From: Lama guanicoe
Lineage: Eukaryota
DNA: 64,000 nt
Assembly: GCA_013239625.1 (NCBI GenBank)
Contig: MU053561.1
Span: 1,659,818 to 1,723,817, forward strand
Direction: 5' to 3'
Part shown: positions 11,205 through 23,929 of the stretch, piece by piece
How positions within the stretch are numbered: the first letter of the stretch is position 1
Layout: the number at the start of each line of letters is the position of its first letter
Made by a program: the position numbers and the translations under genes
Notes under the pieces: generated by a model
Told to the model about the DNA's origin: nothing
What the model saw: the letters and a program-made list of their open reading frames with translations, nothing else
Databases searched by the model: none

Positions 11205-14200
11205 CTAACAAACAGAATTAGATCTGCATGTTAAAGACCTGTTTGCTCAGCCCTGTGCTGATCTGGACTGAGTCAAGTTTATGGATTCTGCTCCTATTGG
11301 CTGAGATCTTTACATATCCAATCCAACCCTAAGTCATTGACCCAAGGATAACGGGGTAAAGATGAAATCATATCTTGTGCGTTTGTACAGCTACAAATCC
11401 AATGGACCCCCAAGGAGGGCCTTGAACCCAAAAGATTTTGGGTGGTGGGGGGAAGAACTGGTGACTGGAGCTCCTGGAAGGAAAGTCTTGCCTCAGCCCA
11501 TCCCTCTCCCACCACCCCTCCCTTCTCCACCCTACGCAAGCACACCTTTTCCTCTCCTCCACCACCTCCTTCCCCTGGCTTGTTCCGGGCAAGAGAAATG
11601 CAGATCCAAAATCGTTACCCTTCCTCAGAACTCACCTGGATTGGACATGCAGCAAATTAAGCAATGATTCAAGCTGCTCCCATGTGTCTACTTAAAAGCA
11701 CACCAGGGAAACCAGGCAGCAGAGCTGCAGACCTTGTGGAAGTCCTATCTGTCTGTCTATCTATCACCTATAATCTATCTATCCATCATCTATCTGCCAT
11801 CTGTTTATCATATGTACACATGCATACACATATACGTATGCATGCATGTTTATATATATTTATATATATACACGCACTTGCACACGTGCATCATTTGGTT
11901 TCATAGGAGTCTGTGGAGCAGGTCTAAGTGTTTGTCCAGACAGATGCTGTGCTTACCACTAGCGTGGGGAGGATCCACAGAGAGGAGGGACAGGAGAGGG
12001 GAAGGGAGGGCACTAGTGTCCGTGGGTGGGCCTGATCCCCAGGCAAGGAGAGAATTTGGCTCCTTTGGTATATTTTTGTTGGATCAGATCATTAGATAGT
12101 AAATATGATGGAAGTCTTCGAGCCTGGTCAGTGATAAAGAGGGAAATGTTTTATTTCTTAGTGTGCTCAGAATCACAAACTTCCTCCTAACAGACAAAGG
12201 GCATCCAGCCTCAAAATGAGATCTTCACACAGTAAAACAAAGATGTGTCTTCTGCCTCAGCTGCTCTCTCTGAAGCTGTGTTTCCTCCGCACCAGGACTG
12301 AAGCCCTCGGGGAGCTTGGCCTGGACTTCCCCCCAGCCCTTGGCAGCCCCGAGGCCTGGCCTGAAGAGGTCCAGGAGACACGTACAGGTCTCGCCTGGCA
12401 ACAGTTTTTCTCCATTTAACGAGTCTCATTTGACTGTAAGACTCATTTTTTTAAGTTTCTGACTCATGCCAGGCTCAATTATTTGGTATTTTGGCTTGAT
12501 GAACGCAGGTTTTAACCCACTTAGGGCTGTTTTTCTGCCTGGTTCTGGAAGCTTGGGGTTTTGTAATTACTTCTCAACCCCAGCCAGCTCACTGCTCCTA
12601 TCTTCTCTTGTACCCCTCATCCTCCCAAGACCTATGGCCCCTGTCGGCTTGTCTCCGTAGCACACACATAGACATACAGACACACACAGAGAGACACACG
12701 CACATTAACTAGATACTGGACAAGTAACCCTTGCAATGCTGGAAGGTTGAAGGTTTGAGTATTATTTCAATTAATACAACTAAGGCAGGGAAAGGGGAGC
12801 CTTTCTGGAATGTTACGTGAGAAGCTGCACTTCCTCTTAAATTCTGTCTCTTCTGCAGTTTTTTTTTTTCCCCTTCCCTTGAAGACTTATCCTTCAAGCA
12901 AGGATTCTAAGGATTTGTTTTTCATCTGAGACCACCTCCTGGCTGCAGACTGAGTGGAACTATGGCAAGTGAGAAGAAAGAATTTTTAGTAGAAATTAAT
13001 GTATAAACATCTTTCTTCTTCTGTCTCTCCTGGGAATGACCCACATACCAGAAAAATGTTCAGTCTGAGACTTTTAATTCAGCAGAGATTTTCCTTTTCA
13101 TCGATTATCATAGGGAGTCATGCCATCATTCCCTTTGGGGGAGGCACAGAAAGAAAATGGCCTGTGTGGGAGCCGTCTCCTCCGAGCATCCCAGGGAAGG
13201 ACACGCGTGCCGGGTTCTGCCCTTGCTCCCAGTTGCACGTGCCCGGCTGTGCCTCTCTCCAGAAGGCTCGCCATCAAATCCACCCTATCTGGCTGCCCGG
13301 GGCTGTTCAGGGAGGAGGGAGCATCCTCTGGGCCCTCCACAGGGCTGCTTCTCCTGGCCACGGTTCTTTCTCACTCTGTGTCCATGAGAACACGAGTGCC
13401 CAGCATCTCCTAATCTCCCCATTTCACAGCAGGGTATCCTTGAGATTTTGATGCTGTGCCAGATTTTTGTTTAAAACCCACCTCTCAACAGACAGTTTTA
13501 GATGGGCCAATAACATTTATGGCCTGCGAAATACCCTTCTCTTGGGACATTTTGTTGTGCTTTGAGTACATTTTAACACAGTGAGGTAACATGGGTAGAC
13601 TCCTGGGGACATGGAGCTAGAAAGCATCTCCAGAGACACCCCATCCATCACCCTGACACCAGGCAGGCTTCCCACACCCCCTGGACAGAGGTAAATATCC
13701 TGTTCTCACAGGCCATCAGGAAGAGACCCAGGCTAGTGCTGACTTCTCTTCAACGCTGTCTATGTTTGTATCACAGGGAAACGCCCATACTAGACTGCTG
13801 TGAGCTTTCAAAGAGCCCAGAGTTGTATATTTTGAACCAGATGTAACAAAGAAACCTGACTGTCGGCACACTGTTTAGCTGGTACTGAAAAATGCCACTT
13901 CAAACCAAATACACCTACCCTTGAGGCTGGACCCGATTGGACAGCTTTCATTTTATGTGTGACTGTCTATCCCCTTAAGATCCCCTCCTCTGTTGAATCT
14001 GGTCAGCATTAAATGGTGAGGTTCTGCAGGTGTACCCTTATGTTTTCCAGCTCCCAGAAATCACAGCCATCACGTCCCCTTCCCTAAATCGTGTTAGCAG
14101 GAGGAGAACCGCGGTAAAAAGCAAAGAGCTCCGTTTCATGGAGGGTGTTTGCTTAGACACATGCAAAGCCTTCTGACATTTGATGCGTTACTTTGGATTT

Positions 14201-15552
14201 TAGACCCAGCAGCCTTAAGGGATCCTTTCCCTGGATTTCCCCTTCTGCATGCAGTGCACTGCGGGAAACACCGATGTGGTCTCGCGGCAGTCCGGTTACA
14301 TTTTGGCATATGATAATCCACAGGGCCTTCTGCAGTTAGGAGCAAAATCGCCATCTCCCTTTCTTTCAGCTATTTCCCTTGGCAAAGGGAACGGTCATAA
14401 GGAACCGGCTCGGTCAGGAAAGCCCTGACCAAGAGCTGGTACGAAGCTCAGACAAGACGCAGCCTGATGAGATGCGGTGTGCGCCGTCATTGTCTGAGAC
14501 GGAGGCTCTGAAATTGACACCATATGTGCCCGGAGGAGTAATTGCTCCAACGGGGGAGAAAAGCAACACGTCAGAACATTTTAGTAACACCTAATTCATC
14601 CCGCAGTTATAAATAAGTCTGATGCTTGCTTAAAAACAAAAGTCGAAAGACGCTTTGACTAGATTACTTTTGTGACAGTGCTTCGGCTGAGGTGAACTTT
14701 ATTAGGGAGACAACATGAATAAAAAAACACGTAACAACTTTTTATGGTATATTTTACATGATTTTATTTTTTTTGCAGTAAATAAAGTGGTTATAGGGCT
14801 CCAAGGAGAAGGGCCCAGATGTTAGAGAGTTGTGTGAAATTTAGGGGAAACCAGCTGTAAAAAGCACAGTTATAAAACAGGCTGTCAGTGCCACACATCT
14901 GGACAATACAGCCGTATGTTCCTAGTGGCTGTCGTCACCCAAAGAAAACTCAATAACCTTATTTCACCCCAATTAGGCCGCATACCAACAGGATCAACAT
15001 TAAATTGCAAGGGGGCAGGGCGGGAGCCTCATTCACATGGCGCCTCTGTGTCAAACAGCTTTTATCTTTCATTGGAATTTGGTCACCAAGAAATAAAAGA
15101 TTGCTAATATAGCCATTTCCATTATTATAAAACCCTCTTTAGTTTATAACATCCTAATAATTCAGCGTTTGACAGTTTGGAGTATTGGCTACGCCAAACA
15201 TAGACTTTCTGTAGTATAAAACTGACCCACCAGTCATCCTTACGTGGAGCCCTGCCTGTCTCTCCTCTACCCTCATTTGGGAGTCTGAGTCTAGCACCAT
15301 TGTGGGAAGCGCTCCCCGCCTTATTGGAAAAAGTTCATTTTCAGACAACCCAATCCATTTAGAGTAGAGGATAAATGCCTCTCTCTACGGCATTGGGGTG
15401 TTTTTCCCTAATTTTTTTGGCCAGCCATGAGGCACCTTTGCAGTAAGACAAATATTACAAAACTCAAAATACCATTTCATCTTTTCATCACTGGCAGGCT
15501 GTGCCAAAGATTATAAAACGCCACTTTTGCTAATAATTGTGTTTCTTCATAG

Positions 15553-15711
<159 letters not shown>

Positions 15712-18700
15712 TAAAGACGGCAATTAGCGAGTGAACCGTAGCCAGGTTCTCAGGGGCACTTCCTCTCTTTATAAGCCTGCCACGAAGTGTTACCTAGCAC
15801 ATTTAACTGTTGCCTCAACTTTTTAGGGAAAAGCCTATCTAAAGATCTGTTGGAGGAATTAACATTTTCTCAAAGACAAGCCCATTAAAAATAAGTTCCC
15901 TTACGCAGAAATCTGACAATATCCAGGGCACGTGGCTGAGGTGGTTTTTGTGGTTGTCTGTTTGTATGCTAATAACAAAGAAGAAAACCAAGGAGAGACA
16001 CAGAGTCAGGAGAAGTAAATATAAAAGGTGAAAAACCCCGCAAAGTCAGGGTCTAATACCTGACTTAAAATACTTCATACGCTGTTCAGTAGGTGTACCT
16101 ATTAAAACGATAAGCTCCATCAGTGTCACCTTCCTAATAATCTAAATATTTCAACAGTGATCCATCACGTCCACTCCCATGTTAAACGTTTGATTATTTC
16201 TTCACGTGTAGATTTTTCATTTAATTTGCCGATGGAAATCAATCTGTGTGCTTCCCAAAGATTCATTTTTTTTCATCTGAAAAACATATTTTAAAATACT
16301 TTTAGCAAAATGAGGCCAGTTTCAAATTCACTTGCTATTTATCCTTAGTCAAAAGAAAAGATGTTTTTCTTATTTTCCAGATCATTTTTGGAAAGCCACA
16401 TGCTTCTGAATGTACATGTGTAATATGTGTGTGTGCACGCGTATGTATGAAATGGATTTATAAGTCAGTTGTTTCTTTATGCCCTTAAGCAGAAGAGGCA
16501 AAAACCAACTCGTGGAAGAAGAAAGAGAAAAGTGAGCGTTTTCCAATAATACCTTCTTCCCCTTTGCAAGACCCCCAAGTCTAAGTTTCCTATTTCAATT
16601 GAACTCTTGACAGCATAATCGTAGGAAAAAATAATAATGCCCCCTTATATTTATAATAGAGGGTTTTATGTTTTTCAGAGAGATTCCCCATATAGCATCT
16701 TATTAGGGTGATATATATTGTCCCCAGAAAAATTCTACTCATAATGAACACAGTTGATGGCATAGTTTTCTGTCTATTTAAAGCTTTCCATCATGTAGGA
16801 GATTTGTACCCTAAGAAATATTCAGGGACGTTAAGACTTGGCAGAAGAAAAACGGGAAAACTCGAAACTAGTATAGAAACATCTTCTCTTGCCTTTTTAA
16901 AATTCCAATGTCACATGGGAATCTGAATTATGAAAAGTAGACTGTGAGTCCTGCAAAAATTCTTGCACCTCCTGTTTGCTTTGTGCTTTTCTGCAGCGCC
17001 TACAAATATATGTAACGTGCTGAGTGCCAGTTTACTTGTTTGCCACCTATTTTAGGTCAGTAATTGTAACAGGAGTAGGTTTTAGATTTCAGTTAACAAA
17101 TGTTAAGTAGCAAAAAATGGAATATCCTGGCAGATCAGGAAAATTTTTAAAGCTAAAAACAGTATAAAAATATTTCTGCACTATTTTGCTCAGCATTTCT
17201 TTGAAATGTGAACGATGTAATAATACAGTTATGAGGTTCTGAAGATATGCAAATAATCTTAATTTATGTGTTGAAAATTCAAGAGTCTTAAGGAATTAGT
17301 GTTGAATTTTAGGTTTATAAGAATAAAAAAGTAATAGAAGCATAAGAGAACTCTTTGAGCAATTAAGAGCTAAAATTACATAATCTAATTTGATGTCTTC
17401 ATTACATTGGTTTCCCAAAATACCAGCCCCAAATCTCTGAGTTGCAACCATACGAGTAAGTGCTAAATAAATCGATGAAAAATAATTGGAATGGAGTACT
17501 CTCCAGGAAAAACTCCTGGTAAAGGCAAAACTAAGGGTGTTGTGTGAGGGATGATATAATCTATGTTCATTTCAACAGCACTGCCCAGCGGGTCAGTTGG
17601 AACAATTGAGGTTAATGCTTGTCAGCCAGGGAGTTTCGCAGACAGCAAAATAAATATAAAGTATGCAAAACTGACACCATGCTGTGGATTAGAAAATGAA
17701 GAAAAGAAAAGGAGGATTTTACCCAATTTTTCTCTTTTCTGAACCCCTAGTAAGATTCTGAGATTCCTGCAAGGAGGGGCTATCTTTTCAGCTTTTCAAC
17801 ATCAACGTGAAATGTATGTTTTCTCCCAGATATTAATCATATTGCTTACATCTCTAAGACCCAGAGTATCTTTCGTATCTTCTATGTTGAATTTTTAGAA
17901 TTGTATTTTTGTAATGAATGCTTAAAAAATATCCATAGCAATACTAGGAAAGAAAATACCAGGGAGAAGGTGTGAACAAAAACAACGAATATAATTAGGC
18001 CCCTGCCCCTTTTCCACAGTGTAACAGATGTAATGTATACGATACATTTGGTCCTGTTTTAATCAATCAAAACCTTTCTTAAAAAACAAGTGGTAAATAA
18101 TATCATTCCAGTAACAGCCAGATACAGTAAAAATATGATTTTAGATTCCACTAATTTTTATAATTTATAACACTTTAATCTGGGCTAGGCTTGACATGCA
18201 TTTGCTTTGTCCATACAGAAAGTGTTCTGGCTAATTAATATTATAAAAATCATACAAGGGAAGGTATTTCTTAGAAGAATAGTTTTGAAGCCTTTAGCTC
18301 CTAGGTTTCTGGGAGACAGATTCCTGTCTCTAATAGTAATATGTTGAATATATTTGAACACTTTTATCTATGTGGAAACATCTTGTTGATTACTTCCAAA
18401 TACACATATAATGAAGAAAATATACTGTATTTCTATAAATATATTGTAGCAGTTCAGAACTTCTAAATGACTCTTTCATATAATTAGTCACAAATTAGAT
18501 TGTACTATAAACTGAAAAAGGGAGTATTTTGTTTAGAAATGAATTTTCCTTGCACACATCATTATCTCAACATTTATTCTGCATTGTTTTAATTTAGTCA
18601 TCTGAAGACTACAGTTTATGATTCACATTTTTAATCCTTTTTAACTCCAACTTTCATGTTATCTATTAATTAGAAACATTTTAAAAAACCAAAACACTTC

Positions 18701-19740
18701 ATTGTGAATCAAAATATTCAAAATATATTGAAAATTCAGCTAAAAGAAAACATTTAATCATCAAACAAATTAAAAATGGCTGTAATACCAAAAAAAAAAA
18801 ATTAACCCTTTGGCTGTTTAGCCAAACTAAATCTAGTCTTCTGTGCTTCTGAGTCGAGTTCAGAACATTTGCGTAGGTTTTAGGAAAAGACCCAAATATA
18901 TTCTAACTGTGCTTTTAATTTGTGAATTCAAATAACCAGCCCATATTTTCTTGGATATTTTTAGCATATCTTTCATAGAAAAGCAGAAGAGTTTTCTTCT
19001 TCTGGCTTACACACTTAATACAAGTTGCCTACTTTCCAATGTCCTAGAATTGAGGAGACGGAAGAAGTGCAGTAAAGAATATGGACAGATGGTACTGGTA
19101 AACTTTTCTTAAAGCAGCTCAGAATTAAAAACACCTACATTTGATAAGATACGATGAAGCCCAAACAACCCAGAGCCTGCTCCAGAAGACCGATGAAGAG
19201 AAATTAGGGTAACTTTCACAGACATTTTCAGCTTACTCCAGTGGAAACCCCGAAACACTGGACACCAGCCAATGTAATGCCATTTTGTATGTGTGTTTTG
19301 TTTTAAAAGAAAGGCCATAGGGACATACCAGGAAATTACAGGCTGGTTAGTTTTGATTCAGTTGTGGTTAAAATCTTCAGAAACTATTTTAAGAAATCAA
19401 ACAGAGGAAGAGCAGAAACTCAGTTTAGAGGGACCCGTGTGGTTTCAGGAAAGGAATAACTTGCTTCGCTAACTGGATGGAATTCTTTGAGGCCGGATTA
19501 TCGAAATGAGGATACTACCAACAAAACTGTTGGATCTAAAGAGCTACAAAATTCAGCATTTCAGAGTCAGTCATAAATCACTCTCTGGCTGGCTTGCCTG
19601 TAAAACAGAGCAGTGCTTGCCTAATTGGGATGCTACTAATTAATGAAGCCTTTCTACAGACTTTAAGAAAAATGTAAAGGAACACACATATTTCAAATAG
19701 AGTAGTATTTTGAAATATAAATTTCTATAGTTACAGCAGA

Positions 19741-20005
19741 TAATAATAATAGTAATAATAATAATAATAATAAATTAGCCAGCATTATTGTCTGCTTGGC
19801 ACTATACTAAGCTCTTTATGTATGTTTATCATTTAATCCTTTAAATGACTTTACAAGATACAGAGTATTTTTCTCAATTTGCAAATGGGGAAACTGAGGA
19901 TGTGAAAAGTTGAGTAACTTTCCCAAGGCCAAAGTGACTCAGAGGTGGAGCTAGGATTTAAATCCAAGATTTTCAGACTCCAAAACCATGTTTTTAACCA
20001 CTTAC
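19741..20005 (-). mobile_element. MIR SINE with (AAT)n at 19741-19773
   Basis: atttaatcctttaaatgac...gggaaactgaggatgtgaaaagttgagtaacttt cccaaggcc...ctaggatttaaatccaag. Confidence 0.8.
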
Positions 20006-21690
20006 ATACTCCTTGTGAGTGTGTCTCAATAATTATGCAAAATGGTGCTCTTGACTCACAGTCAGTGAAGAATTGCCCAGAGATGTTCCCTCATGGGAGC
20101 AAATGGGATCTACTAACTTGCTAATTACGTTGCATACAACAACATCCTGAGGTTACATGGGGGAACTGGTCAAGGAAAGAAACAAAGCTCACCAAAGACA
20201 AAGGCCACTGAACTAGCCAACCAACTCCCAATTCCCAAGGGAATCCTGACTTCTTATCCAGTCCCAAACCCTGCCCAGAAATGCGCTGGTCTCTAGGGGA
20301 ATCTTTTAAAACTAGACTTTCTGAAATTATTCCAAACATCCTCAGCCCTTCTGGATGCTGAGATAGGATAGCATGGTGCTAAAACCTCTAAATCACGTAG
20401 GATTCTGCAGGAGACAGGCATCAGATAGACATCAGACCCATCCCCTCACCACTACCACACAGAGACATGGCCACGTTCTGATTCTGTGGACTAGCAATTC
20501 ACCCTAAAGTGGCAATGTGGCACCCCAGGACTTTCTACAGGGTTCTAAAGATTGTGTCATTTGGCCAAGTGAACCCAGTACATTCATAGGCTTACATTTT
20601 CTGCACATAGCCGCTCTCTAGAAAAGCAAGCTCCTAACTCAACCCCATGCAGTATAGTTTCTATTTGGCAGGTGAGCAGGGAGGGCAAAGAATAAACAGA
20701 AAATCTAGAAAAGAAAAAACAAAATGTTTATAATGCCGTAACTCTGTCACAATCAATATTAACGTTTTGGCATATTTCCTTTCTTTCTGCCGATTTGTTT
20801 CTTTACATAGCTGTAATCATTGTAAAATTTTTTTAATTCATTTTTTCTCAATTCAAATATACCATCATTTTTACTCAGTATCACAGCATCCACATCTATC
20901 ATAATTATTGGCTGGGTAATAGTCTATTGACTGCCATACTTTTCTTAAAATTCCTTTATTATTGAACATTTCCATTATTTCTGTATTTTTCATAATAAAC
21001 AGTGTTATGATGAATAACTTTATCATATAAATTTCTTCATATTTTAATTTCCTTAGCATAGGTTTATAGAAATGGATTAATTGAGCCCCAAAATGTTCCC
21101 ACAACCTTGTGTTTCCACCATAGGTTCTACAACCATTTGAAAGACCCCATTCTCCAATAAAAAAATAATAAATGACCCCCTGGTTCAAATGAACTTTGAA
21201 CTTATTAAAGATGGAGGAGTTTCATGAAAACAAATCTGTTAAATTATGTTTAATCTACTATACCTCAGACTTATTTGACACCATACATTTCTTTCAGTCC
21301 ATCTACTGTCCTTTCACATCTGTGACCAACAGAATAGATTGTTATGAGATGGAGTGATACTTGAATGAGAACTGAGTAGCCCTCAGAAGACAGACCTTGT
21401 TTCTCAAAAGCCGCATAATAATGGAGTGACTTAAGTCATTTAATCTCCATGAGCATCTTTTCTTATCTATATCCTTAACAATATTATTGTGGAAGTCTCA
21501 TGATAGAACATACATGAAACACAAAATTATGCACAAATATATAGATGGGCTATTAACCATAAAAGCAAGATGATGTATAGTATTTACCATCAGTTCCACT
21601 GACTTTTACCATTTACCTCCCTTTCATTGTGAAGAACAACAGAATGAATACCCATTGAGGTATTTGAATGTTGATATTAAAAAGTAATTT

Positions 21691-21824
21691 GGTCGGGGGA
21701 GGATATATATAGCTCAGTGGTAAAGTGCATGCCTAGGATGCATGAGGTCCTGGGTTCACTCCCCAGTGCCTCCATTAAATAAATTAACCTAACTACCTCC
21801 CCCTACAGAAAAAGATACAGTTTT
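21691..21824 (+). mobile_element. tRNA-derived SINE (Vic-1-like, camelid)
   Basis: A box TAGCTCAGTGG, B box GGTTCACTCCC, tail acctaactacctcccc; TSD AAGTAATTT at 21682-21690 and 21825-21833. Confidence 0.88.
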
Positions 21825-23929
21825 AAGTAATTTAGAAGTAAAATACCATCTAAAATATTTTGAACTGTCAAATGACTAGGTTGCCTTGCTCCAGAGAAGG
21901 AGAATTTTGTATTTTTCCCTTTAAAAAGAGAGAATAACAAGATGAAGGATTCTGGGTAGGTGTCACTCGATACTCTACCGAGTATGTGAAACACATAAAT
22001 TTTTTGTTTGTCCCTAAGACAAGAGCGCCACGTCCGCTACGTAGCTTAACTGGGTAAGAAACCTCTGTGCCCATCCAAAGCTTTCTCACAGGAGGCGGTA
22101 TCCAGATGCTTTCTGCACACACTGCATTTTAAAGAAAATGTACTCTGCAATGAACTTGACTCTCCCTTCAGATGCTGGGGACCGTGTGTTCCCCAAACAT
22201 GGCAGAAAATGGGGCTTTTTGGATACATGCCTCCTAAATTTTTGACTTGAATTGGCAAGAGTTCCCTCTGAGTTCTTTAAGTTTGAGCAAAAGACCATAG
22301 AATAGGAATCTATATAGTTGCTCTGGGATATTCTTGTAATTCTGCCAATTGAAGATACATCAATGTTAAATGGAAAATGCAGAGCACTAAGTTGTATAGA
22401 GGCAACAATAATAATTACATTAAAATTATGCATTAACATAATTTGAAAGAATACATTAATAGCTTCTTTACTCCTCTGGATGGTGGGATTATGGTGGTTT
22501 TTGTAAGTTCTTTATATTTTCCAATTTTTCAATAATGATTATTTTTTATAATTTAAAAAGATACTTGATGTAAGTCAGGGTTTATAAGTATTTTAAAAAT
22601 CCTTTGATGAAAGGAGGGAGATAAATATTGATAATTTCAGTGTTAATGGAAATTAGTGTAATAGATGCTTGTCTCTAGGATACCAAGTTTGGCTTTGCTA
22701 AGGGAATGCAAAGACAAAAAAAAAAGAAAGAAAGAGAAAGAAGAGGGTACTTAAGGGAAGAGGAGCTGAGGAAGATGAAGTTCTCTGGAGAAACAGAAGG
22801 GCATCCAGCTGGCGTTTTTCAGCCCCTGGAACGACAGAGTAGAGGGAGGGCAGACCGGTGTGGAAAAGGAGGTGTGAGGGCGTCTAACACGGAGACTAGC
22901 AAGAAAACTGTAGAAATAAAACAAGTTTAAGGTTTGGGGGTCACTGACACTCCTTGTGTCTCTACCACAGCTGTGTGTCTGAGGGCAAACTGAGTGTCTT
23001 AATTTATACGGTGGGAATAAAATTACGCATTTTGCAGGTTGCTTTGTGAATTAAAGATGATGATGTCTGGAAAGCACATATCACACTACATAACTAAGTC
23101 ACTGCTAAGTTACCTCTTATTTTGAAATCTTGGCTGTCAGCGCTGTTCTCTCTAGGATCTCAGGAAACCTTGCAGGAGGAAAGGCTCGGTCCCTCACCTT
23201 AAAGAACCCCAGTCTTTGCTACAGAGGCTCCCAAGGGATGAGAGTTATGTGACTGCCCAGGTGCGCGTGCCCCACCTACAAGGGCCCACAGGGCTAGAGG
23301 ACCATGTGTGTCTTATGAGAGTATAAATGTCTGCTGTCCGCAGGAAGTTTTTTTCAGAATGATGGAATCTGAATGACTGTGTAAAGGTGAATGAAATGAA
23401 GGAAGGTGAACTTGAGAATAATTTAATCTAAAATGGTTTCTTCTTTTCAGTTCTAGAGATCACCCTGAGATTTTATGTAAAATGATAGTTGTAGAGGTTT
23501 CTGGTGGATTTTGATGGCCAGGTTGGGACTTCTCTGTGGCAAGACTAGCTGTTCGCCAGAGAGCTGCACAGGGTTTTCTGCTCTAGTGGACTCACCATGA
23601 TCCCAGGCGTGGCCCTGAGAGCACCTGCACCAGTCTTACCAGTGCCTCTCAGCTGAGTGGATTCAAGGGCACTGGTTTCCTTTTAAATTAACAATCTCAA
23701 AATTTCCAATAAGCTCAACACTGGCAGAGAGTTCAACCCTATTTCTTCAGTGAGCTTGCTCCCTCACTTTCTGTGAAGTTATCTTCTCTATTCAAACCTC
23801 CTACCTCGTACCTGACCAATCTGAGTTGATAACTTTGCCTCATCGTTCACTTGAAAAAATGGAGATTTCCTCAACACCATCAAGACCTCTCTCTTTTTTG
23901 CACTTGCATCCAGCCACCCATCCCTTCTG

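Noticed and set aside
12999..13451. 150-aa ORF and overlapping ORFs
   Set aside because: No recognisable homology; several frames are open simply because of local GC richness; not needed for the SPAG17 frame.
14404..14505. H/ACA snoRNA reading of the double hairpin
   Set aside because: Hinge ACGAAG is not ANANNA, there is no ACA tail, and hairpin 1 has no pseudouridylation pocket.
14464..14513. Hammerhead ribozyme suggested by CTGATGAG followed by GAAA
   Set aside because: Stem II does not close between CUGAUGA and GAAA, and no matching stem III/NUH or stem I is present.
15002..15020. Third CTCF-like motif AAATTGCAAGGGGGCAGGG on the + strand
   Set aside because: Lacks the conserved CC at the start of the core; too weak to call.
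1..15552. SPAG17 exons 1-3 or the main promoter
   Set aside because: I found no sequence encoding the recalled N-terminal peptides; they presumably lie upstream of the window.
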